This document shows positions 8,253 to 16,337 of a stretch of DNA of 55,907 nucleotides, one piece after another. The translations under genes and the position numbers were made by a program. Position 1 is the stretch's first letter. Every line of letters starts with the position of its first letter. Below the pieces are notes generated by a model, which saw nothing but the letters and a program-made list of their open reading frames with translations, made no database searches and was not told the origin of the DNA. Source of the DNA: Reyranellaceae bacterium (GTDB lineage Bacteria > Pseudomonadota > Alphaproteobacteria > Reyranellales > JAQSWP01); assembly GCA_050185515.1 (NCBI GenBank), contig JBFWZG010000002.1, forward strand, positions 1-55,907, read 5' to 3'.

Positions 8253-9371
8253 ATGATTTTCCATCGTCCGTTTTCCGTCTTGTCGATCCTCCTGGCTGTG
8301 GCCGCGGCGCCGGCTGCCGCCGAACCGCCGCGCCTGCCGGTGCTGGTGCCGATTACCGGCTTCCTGGCGCTGGAAGGCACCAGCCAGCGCAACGGAGCCT
8401 TGCTGGCGCTGGAACGAAGCAGCCTGTCGCCGGCGCCGACCGCCGAGGTGATCGATACCGGCGTCACGCCGGAGGGCGCCATCACCGCCTTCGAGCGAGC
8501 CATGAGCGGTGGCGCCGCGCCGGCGGTCGTGGCGCCGATGCTGGGCACCCAGATGCTGGCCCTGCTGCCGCTGGCCGAGCGCGAGAAGGTGCCGCTGGTC
8601 ACCGTTTCCGGCACGGCGAAGATCACCGAACTGGACAATCCCTGGGTGTTCCGTTTCTTCCCCGGCGACGACGTAGTCAAGGTCGCCCAGGCGCGCTACG
8701 CCGTCGAGAAACTCGGTGCGCGCAAGCCCGCCCTGCTCTACCAGACGACTGCCTACGGCCAGAGCGGCCGCCAGCACCTCGCCGACCAGTTCGCGCGGCT
8801 GGGCGCACCGCTGGTGTTCGAGGAAGGGCTGGCGCCGACGGTCAAGGACGCGCTGCCGGCGCTGGTCAAGGCACAGGCCGCGGGCGCGGACGCGCTGATC
8901 CTGCATCTGCACGCCCCCAGCACGGCGCTCGCCATCGCCCAGGCGCGGGCGCAGGGCATCGATCTTCCCATCGTCGCCGGTTCGGCCATGCACCAGCCGG
9001 CGACCGCCGCCCTGCTTAGCCCGCGCGATCTGGCCGGCGTCTGCGCCGAAACCGCGTCGTCGCCGATCTCCGCGGGCGATCCGGCGATGACGGATTTCGC
9101 CGCCGCCTACCGCAAGCGTTTCGGCACCGAGCCGGACGCCTTCGCCGTGGCGCAGTACGACGGCGCGATGATGGTGCTGGCCGCGCTTCAGGCCGGGGCG
9201 AGCCGACCCGGGGAAGTTCGCGCCTGGCTCGCCAGCCAATCGCACCAGGGTCTGGCCATGCGCTACCGTTCCGACGGCAAGGGAAACATGGCGCACGATG
9301 CGGCGATCGTCTGCTACGACGGCAAGAGCCGCGTTCCCGCCATCGTCCAGCGCTATACCGGCACACCCTGA
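8253..9371 (+). CDS. ABC transporter substrate-binding protein, Leu/Ile/Val-binding (type I PBP, LivJ-like) family
   Basis: ATG 8253 lies 6 nt after GGAG. Signal peptide MIFHRPFSVLSILLAVAAAPAAA. LivJ-like blocks include VLVPITGFLALEG, NPWVFRF and AYGQSG. Confidence 0.82.
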   Translation: MIFHRPFSVLSILLAVAAAPAAAEPPRLPVLVPITGFLALEGTSQRNGALLALERSSLSPAPTAEVIDTGVTPEGAITAFERAMSGGAAPAVVAPMLGTQMLALLPLAEREKVPLVTVSGTAKITELDNPWVFRFFPGDDVVKVAQARYAVEKLGARKPALLYQTTAYGQSGRQHLADQFARLGAPLVFEEGLAPTVKDALPALVKAQAAGADALILHLHAPSTALAIAQARAQGIDLPIVAGSAMHQPATAALLSPRDLAGVCAETASSPISAGDPAMTDFAAAYRKRFGTEPDAFAVAQYDGAMMVLAALQAGASRPGEVRAWLASQSHQGLAMRYRSDGKGNMAHDAAIVCYDGKSRVPAIVQRYTGTP

Positions 9372-9387
9372 GCCGATCGCCGCCGCC

Positions 9388-10260
9388 ATGCTGAGCCTGC
9401 AACTGGCGCTCAATACGCTGGCGCTGGCCGCCGCCTATGCGCTGGTGGCGCTTGGGTTCGTCATGGTGATCAACGCCGTCGGCGCGGTCAATTTCGCGCA
9501 TGGCGATCTCGTTGTCTCCGGCGGCTTCATCGCCGTGCTGTTCGCCACACTGATCGACCTGCCTGCCGTCATTCTGGCGCCGGCCGTCGTTGTCGCGGCA
9601 GGCAGCCTTGGCCTGGCGCTTTCGCTGCTTGCGTATTTTCCACTGCGGCGCGGACCGCCAGTCGGCATATACGTATCGACCATTGCCGTCGGCGTCATGC
9701 TGCAGAACGCGATCCTCAATCTCGCCGGCCCGGCGCCGCGGCGCGGACCGCCACTGCTCGACGCCGCGCCATTGCGAGTGGGCGACGTCGTGGTCTCGAG
9801 CCAGGCGCTGGCGACCATTGCGGTGGCGGCGCTGCTGCTGGCCGGCATGCAGGCCCTCCTGCACCGGACCCAGTTCGGCCGCCGCCTGCGGGCCACGGCG
9901 CAGGATCCGCTGATGGCCGAATCGATCGGCATCGACACCCGCCGCTCCATCGTCTTCTCCTTCGCCATCGCCGCCGCGCTGGCCGGCGCCGCCGGCCTGT
10001 TGCTGGCGCCGCTGCATTTCGTTTCGCCGCACGATGGGGCGGGGCTGATCCTCAAGGCCTATGTCGCCACCGTCATAGGCGGCTGGGGCCATGTGCGCGG
10101 CGCGCTGTTTGGTGCGCTGATCGTCGCCGCTTTCGAAGTGCTGGGCGCCACGCTGGTATCGCAGCCGGCCGCCGAAGCGGCACTGTACGTCGCCCTGCTG
10201 GCGATGCTGTGGCTGCGGCCGGAGGGCCTGTTCGGCGAGCCCTCGAGACGCCGCGCATGA
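9388..10260 (+). CDS. branched-chain amino acid-type ABC permease (LivH-like)
   Basis: Polytopic membrane protein with a LivH-like N-terminus (LALNTLALAAAYALVALGFVMVINAVGAVNFAHGD). Confidence 0.85.
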   Translation: MLSLQLALNTLALAAAYALVALGFVMVINAVGAVNFAHGDLVVSGGFIAVLFATLIDLPAVILAPAVVVAAGSLGLALSLLAYFPLRRGPPVGIYVSTIAVGVMLQNAILNLAGPAPRRGPPLLDAAPLRVGDVVVSSQALATIAVAALLLAGMQALLHRTQFGRRLRATAQDPLMAESIGIDTRRSIVFSFAIAAALAGAAGLLLAPLHFVSPHDGAGLILKAYVATVIGGWGHVRGALFGALIVAAFEVLGATLVSQPAAEAALYVALLAMLWLRPEGLFGEPSRRRA

Positions 10261-11972
10261 CGTCGCCCGATCGCAGCCTGGCTTTCGATCGCGTCCTGGG
10301 CGGGGCGCTGATCTTCGCTGCCCTTGCCGCAGCCACGTTCGTGCGCGATGCCTATCTGCAGCGACTGCTGGCCGTCGCCGGCTGCTACGCCATCCTCGCG
10401 ATCGGCTACCAGCGAATTTTCGGCGAACTTGGCGTGCTGTCGCTGGCACAGGGCGCGTTCTTCGCCGTCGGGGGCTATGCTGCCGCCATCCTGTCGCTAC
10501 GCACCGGCTGGGACGGTGTGCTGTTACTGGGCGCCGCGATCGTTGCCGCGGTATTGCTGGCGGTCCTCGCCGCCCCGGCGATGCTGAAACTGGCATCGCA
10601 CTACTTTGCTCTCGCCTCTCTCGCCCTCGCCCAGCTCGTGCTGCTGGCGACCATCAATTTCGAATCCTTCACTGGCGGCAGCAACGGGCTGAGCCCTTTG
10701 CCACCCTTTGCCATGGTGGGCGTCGAACTGTCGCCGGGAACCCCGATGACACTGGCTATCTGGTCCGCCGCTGCCGCAACCGCGATCCTGTTCTGGCAGC
10801 CGGGACCGCTGGCCGCCCTGCGCCGGCTTGTCCTGCGCGAAGCGCCGCTGGCGGCACAGGCCATGGGCATCGATGCGGCGCGCTGGCGGCTGGCGGCTTT
10901 CGCCTTTGCCGCCGGTTGCGGCGGTCTTGCCGGCGGTTTCTACGTCCATGGCACCGGCGTCGCCGCACCCGACATCGCCGACTTCGGCATTGCCGTCAAT
11001 GCGCTGGCCATCACGGTGATTGGCGGACGCGGCCGGGTTGGCGGCGCCGTGCTGGGCGCTGTGCTGCTGGCGTTTCTGCCCGAAGCATTGCGCTTTCTCG
11101 GCGGCTGGCAACTGTTCGCCTGGGGTGGAGCCATGCTTGCCATGCTGATCCTTGCTCCCGACGGGCTGGCAGGACTGCTCCAGCGTTCGTTCACGAATTC
11201 CCCCGGAATACCGGATCGGACGCCGGTCAATAGCCGGATAGCGCTGGGCCAGGCCGGTACTTTGTCCGGAACCCGTCTGCGCAAGAATTTCGGGGGCGTA
11301 ACCGCGGTCGACGATATCTCGATGGATGTACGGCCGGGTGAGATCGTGGGCCTGATCGGCGGCAATGGCGCCGGCAAGACGACGTTGCTCAATCTGCTGA
11401 CCGGCTTCGAGACACCCGATACGGGATCGATCGTCTGGCGCGGTGGCGACGTCACGACGCTGGATACCAGCCGTCGCGCCCGGCTGGGCATAGGCCGCAG
11501 TTTCCAGATCGACCAGCTGCCCGGCACGCTGACCGCGCTCGATGCTGTGGCGGCCGCCGTGTGGCAGACAGGGTCGCTGCCAGCTGCCCGTGTGGCGGCA
11601 AGCACGCTGCTCCAACAGATGGGCCTTGGCGAACGCTGCGCCGAGCCGCTCGACACACTGCCACCCGCCACCAGGCGGCTGGTTGACATCGCCCGCGCCC
11701 TGGCAGCGTCGCCCGGCGTGCTGCTGCTCGACGAGCCGACGGCCGGCCTCAGCGCGACCGAGCGCGACGGGCTGGGCCGGACATTGGCAACATTGCGGGA
11801 GCAAGGACTCGGCATGGCGATCGTCGAGCACGATCTCGCCTTCCTGCTGCCACTTGTCGACCGCCTGGTTTGCCTGCGCGATGGACGGATCGTCGCCGAA
11901 GGTACGCCGGACGATCTGGCCAGCCGGCCGGACCTGCGGGATTTTTTCGCCGGTTACAGGGGCACGCCATGA
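10257..11972 (+). CDS. fused LivM-like permease / LivG-like ATPase
   Basis: The N-terminal ~330 aa are polytopic. The C-terminal part has Walker A GGNGAGKTT, Walker B LLLDEPTAGLS and an H-loop VEHDL. The signature motif is degenerate (LPPATRRL). ATGA overlaps occur at both ends. Confidence 0.85.
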   Translation: MTSPDRSLAFDRVLGGALIFAALAAATFVRDAYLQRLLAVAGCYAILAIGYQRIFGELGVLSLAQGAFFAVGGYAAAILSLRTGWDGVLLLGAAIVAAVLLAVLAAPAMLKLASHYFALASLALAQLVLLATINFESFTGGSNGLSPLPPFAMVGVELSPGTPMTLAIWSAAAATAILFWQPGPLAALRRLVLREAPLAAQAMGIDAARWRLAAFAFAAGCGGLAGGFYVHGTGVAAPDIADFGIAVNALAITVIGGRGRVGGAVLGAVLLAFLPEALRFLGGWQLFAWGGAMLAMLILAPDGLAGLLQRSFTNSPGIPDRTPVNSRIALGQAGTLSGTRLRKNFGGVTAVDDISMDVRPGEIVGLIGGNGAGKTTLLNLLTGFETPDTGSIVWRGGDVTTLDTSRRARLGIGRSFQIDQLPGTLTALDAVAAAVWQTGSLPAARVAASTLLQQMGLGERCAEPLDTLPPATRRLVDIARALAASPGVLLLDEPTAGLSATERDGLGRTLATLREQGLGMAIVEHDLAFLLPLVDRLVCLRDGRIVAEGTPDDLASRPDLRDFFAGYRGTP

Positions 11973-12607
11973 GCGCCGGGCTGCTGCGCGTCCGCAATCT
12001 GCGCGCCTGGCGCGGCGCGGCGACGGTTTTGCAGGGCGTCGACCTCGACGTCGCCGTCAGCGAGGCGGTCGCCATTGTCGGGCCGAACGGCGCCGGCAAA
12101 TCGTCACTGGCGTTGGCTATCGCCGGCCATCTGCGCAGCGCCGGCGAAATCGTCTTCGACGGCGCCAGTGTGCAGAACCTGCCGGCGTATCGCCGGGCCA
12201 GGCTTGGCATCGGATTGTGTCCGGAGGGGCGGCGCATGTTTCCGGCCATGACGGTCGCCGACAGCCTGCTGGTCGGCGCTCCGGTGGCCGATCGGACACT
12301 GCTGCGGACCATGCTCAGCCTGTTCCCCGAACTGGAGCGGCGCCTCGACGCGCCTGCCTGGCAGCTCTCCGGCGGCGAGCAGCAGATGCTGGCGCTGGGG
12401 CGCGCCTTGATGGGGCGACCGCGCCTGTTGATGCTCGACGAACCGTTCCTCGGCCTGTCGCCCGCCGCAAGCCAGCGCCTCGCCGATGCGCTGCGCGGCG
12501 TTGCCCGGCAAGGCGTTTCGCTGCTGCTTGCCGACCAGGATGCGCAACGCGCCGAAAGCCTCTGTTGTCGCTCGATTTTTCTCGATCGCGGCACGATCAA
12601 GGCCTGA
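11969..12607 (+). CDS. ABC transporter ATP-binding protein (LivF-like)
   Basis: Walker A GPNGAGKSS, canonical signature LSGGEQQML, and Walker B LMLDEPFLGLS. Confidence 0.9.
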   Translation: MSAGLLRVRNLRAWRGAATVLQGVDLDVAVSEAVAIVGPNGAGKSSLALAIAGHLRSAGEIVFDGASVQNLPAYRRARLGIGLCPEGRRMFPAMTVADSLLVGAPVADRTLLRTMLSLFPELERRLDAPAWQLSGGEQQMLALGRALMGRPRLLMLDEPFLGLSPAASQRLADALRGVARQGVSLLLADQDAQRAESLCCRSIFLDRGTIKA

Positions 12608-12760
12608 ATATCTCTGTGGAAAATTCCGGGCACCTGAACGCCGTCGGATATTGCGGCGCACAATCGCCGATGGCGAATTTTTCAGCAATGTTAAGCGCTT
12701 AGCCCTCTTGCCGGACCTGGGGTTTGCCGTTAAGAACGAGCGCGCTCAGGCTTGGGGGCA

Positions 12761-13486
12761 ATGATGGCGACTAAGAAAATTACGCGCAGCAAAGTCGAGC
12801 AGGCGGCCGCCCGCGAAACGGCGAAGCTGTTGCTGGAAATCGAAGCCGTCCATTGCCGGCCTGACCAGCCCTTCATCTTCACGTCCGGCCGCGCCAGCCC
12901 GGTCTATATCGACTGTCGTAAGATCATCGGCTTCCCCGAGGCGCGCACCAAGATCATGGCGCATGCGCATAAGCTGATCGACGAGAAGATCAAGTGGTCG
13001 AAGATCGACGTCGTCGCGGGCGGCGAGACCGCCGGCATTCCCTTTGCCGCCTGGCTCGCCGACAAGGCCAAGAAGCCGATGGTCTACGTGCGCAAGCAAC
13101 CCAAGGGGTTCGGCCGCATGGCGCAGATCGAAGGCGACCTGAAAAAGAACCAGCGCGCACTGCTGGTAGAGGATCTGGCGACCGACGGCGGCAGCAAGAT
13201 CAACTTCATCGAGGCGCTGCGCAAGGCCGAGGCCAAGTGCACCGACGCCTTCGTCGTGTTCCACTACGGCATTTTCCCGCAAAGCATCGATGCGCTCGCC
13301 ATGATGGGCGTCAAGCTGCATGGTCTCGCGACCTGGTGGGACGTGCTGGAAGCGGCCGAGAAGCACAAGTATTTCGACCAGAAGGGCATCGACACGACGC
13401 GCGCCTTCCTCGAGAAGCCCGAGGAATGGTCGGCCGCCCACGGCGGCGCAAAGATGCGCCCGGCCCCGGCGGCGGCGCGGGGCTGA
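12761..13486 (+). CDS. pyrE: orotate phosphoribosyltransferase
   Basis: PRPP-binding loop LLVEDLATDGGSK and GGETAGIPFAAWLA. ATG 12761 (or 12764) follows GGGGG. Confidence 0.88.
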   Translation: MMATKKITRSKVEQAAARETAKLLLEIEAVHCRPDQPFIFTSGRASPVYIDCRKIIGFPEARTKIMAHAHKLIDEKIKWSKIDVVAGGETAGIPFAAWLADKAKKPMVYVRKQPKGFGRMAQIEGDLKKNQRALLVEDLATDGGSKINFIEALRKAEAKCTDAFVVFHYGIFPQSIDALAMMGVKLHGLATWWDVLEAAEKHKYFDQKGIDTTRAFLEKPEEWSAAHGGAKMRPAPAAARG

Positions 13487-13496
13487 CCGCGCGGCA

Positions 13497-14282
13497 GTGC
13501 GTTTCGCCGCCAATCTCTCCTTTCTGTTTCCCGAGATAGCGTTTCTCGAACGCTTCGCTGCCGCGCGTTCCGCCGGCTTCAAGGCGGTCGAGTTCTTCTT
13601 CCCCGAGGGCTACGAACTCGGCGAACTGGTCCAGGCTCAGAAGGACAGCGGGCTGGACATCGCGCTGATGAACCTGCCGGCCGGCGACGCCGCGGCAGGC
13701 GATCGAGGCCTTGCCTGCCTGCCCGACCGCGTGCCCGAGTTCCGCACGGCCGTCGATCGCGGTATCACGCTGGCTCGCGCCTTGCGCTGCCCCCGCCTCC
13801 ATGTCGTGGCCGGCATCGTGCCCAGGGGCAGTGACAAGGCGCGCTACCTCGATACGCTGGTCGACAACCTGCAATACGCCGCCGAACGCGCTGCTCCCCA
13901 TGGCATCGCCATGATGCTCGAGCCGATCAACAATCGGGATATTCCGGGTTTCGTGGTCAATCGCTCGTCCGAGGCCATCGAGGTGCTGGACCGCGCCGAC
14001 CGCCCGAATCTGCTGCTGCAATACGACCTCTATCACACGCAGATCATGGAAGGGGATTTGATCCCGACTTTCCAGCGCCTGTTCCACCGCATTGGCCATA
14101 TCCAGTTCGCCGACACGCCCGGCCGCCACGAACCAGGCACCGGCGAGGTCAATTTTCCCAATGTGTTCGCTGCCATCGAAAAGGCGGGTTACGGCGGCTA
14201 TATTGCGGCGGAGTACCGGCCCAGCACGGCCCGCACGGAGGACAGCCTGGCGTGGTTTCAGCCCTATCGCACAAAGCCCTGA
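13497..14282 (+). CDS. hyi: hydroxypyruvate isomerase family (TIM-barrel) protein
   Basis: In-frame GTG 13497 gives VRFAANLSFLFPE..., a typical Hyi N-terminus, and about 261 aa. The longer track ORF would overlap pyrE. Confidence 0.8.
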   Translation: MRFAANLSFLFPEIAFLERFAAARSAGFKAVEFFFPEGYELGELVQAQKDSGLDIALMNLPAGDAAAGDRGLACLPDRVPEFRTAVDRGITLARALRCPRLHVVAGIVPRGSDKARYLDTLVDNLQYAAERAAPHGIAMMLEPINNRDIPGFVVNRSSEAIEVLDRADRPNLLLQYDLYHTQIMEGDLIPTFQRLFHRIGHIQFADTPGRHEPGTGEVNFPNVFAAIEKAGYGGYIAAEYRPSTARTEDSLAWFQPYRTKP

Positions 14283-15934
14283 AAGTTCTGGCCGCCGCCG
14301 TGTCGCTGGCGGTTGTCCTGCTGTTGCAGCCGCAGCAGGCCGCGGCCAAGGACGAACTGACGATCGGTACCACGCAGTATCCCTCGACACTGCATCCGAT
14401 GTTCGATTCGATGCTGGCCAAGTCGATCATTCTGGCGGCGGCGCGCCGCCCCTTCACCGCCATCGATCCGCAGTGGAGCCAGATCTGCATGCTCTGCGTC
14501 GAAGTGCCGACGCTGGAGAACGGGCTGGCGAAGCTCGAGACGCGCGACGGCAAACCCGGCATGTCGGTGACCGTCACGATCCGCGACGGCGTCAAGTGGG
14601 CCGACGGCACGCCCGTGACCAGCGCCGACGTGGTTTTCGCCTGGGAAGTCGGCAAGCACCCGCAATCGCAGGTCACCGCCGCCGAGTACTACCGGCGCAT
14701 CACCGCCATCGACGTGAAAGACGCGCGCACCTTCACCATCCACATCGACCGCCAGGTGTGGAACTTCACGATCTACATCCCCGAACCGCTGCCCGCCCAC
14801 ATCGAGAAGCCTATCTTCGACGCCGATCCGGCGCAGTATCGCAACCGCACCAAGTACGACACCGACCAGGGCAATCCCGGCCTCTATTACGGCCCCTATC
14901 GCGTGGTGTCGGCGACGCCCGGCGCCAGCGTGGTGCTGGAGACCAACCCGCACTGGAGCGGCGTCAAGCCGCATTTCAGGCGCATCACCTTTCGCACCAT
15001 CGAGAATACCGCCGCGCTTGAGGCCAATCTGCTGTCGGGCAGCGTCGACTACATTCTCGGTGAGCTCGGCCTGACGCTCGACCAGGCGCTGGCTTTCGAG
15101 AAGCGCAACCGCGACCGGTTCGACGTCGTCTACAAGCCGGGGCTCGTCTACGAGCACATCGATCTCAACCTGGAGAACCCGCTGCTGGCCGACCGGCGCG
15201 TTCGCCAGGCGCTGCTGCACGGCATCGACCGCAAGGCGATCGTCGACAAGCTGTTCCAGGGCAAGCAGCCGGTGGCGCACGGCTACATGGCGGAGAACCG
15301 GCCCGAATACGATCCGACGGCGCCGCATTACGCCTACGACCCGAAGAAGGCGGCGCAGCTTCTCGACGCAGCCGGCTTCACCACCATGAAGGACGGCTAT
15401 CGCCACAGCCCCGAGGGCAAGCGGCTGTCATTGGAACTGGCGACCACCGGCGGCAATCGCGTGCGCGAGCTGGTGCAGCAGGTGCTGCAGAGCCAGTGGA
15501 AACAGATCGGCATCGAGATCCGCCTGCGCGCCGAACCGCCCCGCGTCTTCTCCGCCACCACGCTCAGCAAGCGCGAGTTGGAAGCCATGGCCATGTACGC
15601 CTGGATCTCCTCGCCGCTGAGCGTGCCGCACTCGATGATGCATTCGACGCAGATCCCGACGGCGGAGAACGGCTGGATCGGCCAGAACTATCCCGCCTAT
15701 CGTAGCCCGCAGATGGATCGCATCGTCGAAAGCCTGGAAACCGAGCTGGACGCCGGCAAGCGCAAGGCGCTATGGGGCGAATTCCAGCGGCTCTACGCTA
15801 CCGACCTGCCGGTGCTGCCGCTGTTCTTCCGCACCGAGCCCTTCGTCATTCCCAAATGGCTGAAGGGCATCGAGCCCACCGGCCATCTCTACTCGACCAC
15901 GCTCTGGATCGAGCACTGGCGCGACGCCCGTTAA
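14252..15934 (+). CDS. ABC transporter substrate-binding protein, family 5 (peptide/nickel/opine type)
   Basis: Signal peptide (LKVLAAAVSLAVVLLL...AAA) and size of about 560 aa. The fold is DppA/OppA-like in overall pattern. The GTG start is uncertain and overlaps the hyi 3' end. Confidence 0.8.
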   Translation: MVSALSHKALKVLAAAVSLAVVLLLQPQQAAAKDELTIGTTQYPSTLHPMFDSMLAKSIILAAARRPFTAIDPQWSQICMLCVEVPTLENGLAKLETRDGKPGMSVTVTIRDGVKWADGTPVTSADVVFAWEVGKHPQSQVTAAEYYRRITAIDVKDARTFTIHIDRQVWNFTIYIPEPLPAHIEKPIFDADPAQYRNRTKYDTDQGNPGLYYGPYRVVSATPGASVVLETNPHWSGVKPHFRRITFRTIENTAALEANLLSGSVDYILGELGLTLDQALAFEKRNRDRFDVVYKPGLVYEHIDLNLENPLLADRRVRQALLHGIDRKAIVDKLFQGKQPVAHGYMAENRPEYDPTAPHYAYDPKKAAQLLDAAGFTTMKDGYRHSPEGKRLSLELATTGGNRVRELVQQVLQSQWKQIGIEIRLRAEPPRVFSATTLSKRELEAMAMYAWISSPLSVPHSMMHSTQIPTAENGWIGQNYPAYRSPQMDRIVESLETELDAGKRKALWGEFQRLYATDLPVLPLFFRTEPFVIPKWLKGIEPTGHLYSTTLWIEHWRDAR

Positions 15935-15950
15935 GCCGCCGCGACAGCCG

Positions 15951-16337
15951 ATGCACTACGCCGCAGCCGTCACGCTGATCGCCGCCCTGCTCTATGCCGG
16001 CAGCATTCTGCTGGTCGGCTGGGCGCGCTGGCGGCACGGCATCGACGCGCCATCGGTTACCGGCCATCCCGCCTTCGAACGTGCCCACCGGGTACAGACC
16101 AACACGCTGGAGCAGATGCCGATCTTTCTGCCCTCGCTGTGGCTGGCCTCATGGCTCCACTCCGACGAGGTCGCGGGCGCGATCGGCCTGCTGTTCATTG
16201 GCTTCCGCGTGCTCTATGCCGTGCTCTACCTGCGCGACAGCGAAAGGCGCGGCTGGGGCTATGCGCCAGGGGCGTTCTGCATGCTGGCTCTTTGGATTCT
16301 GGCCGTCTGGGGATTGGCCGAACGCACGACCATCTAG
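15951..16337 (+). CDS. MAPEG family membrane protein
   Basis: 128 aa with four hydrophobic helices and an RAHRVQTNTLEQMPIF motif typical of MAPEG. Confidence 0.75.
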   Translation: MHYAAAVTLIAALLYAGSILLVGWARWRHGIDAPSVTGHPAFERAHRVQTNTLEQMPIFLPSLWLASWLHSDEVAGAIGLLFIGFRVLYAVLYLRDSERRGWGYAPGAFCMLALWILAVWGLAERTTI

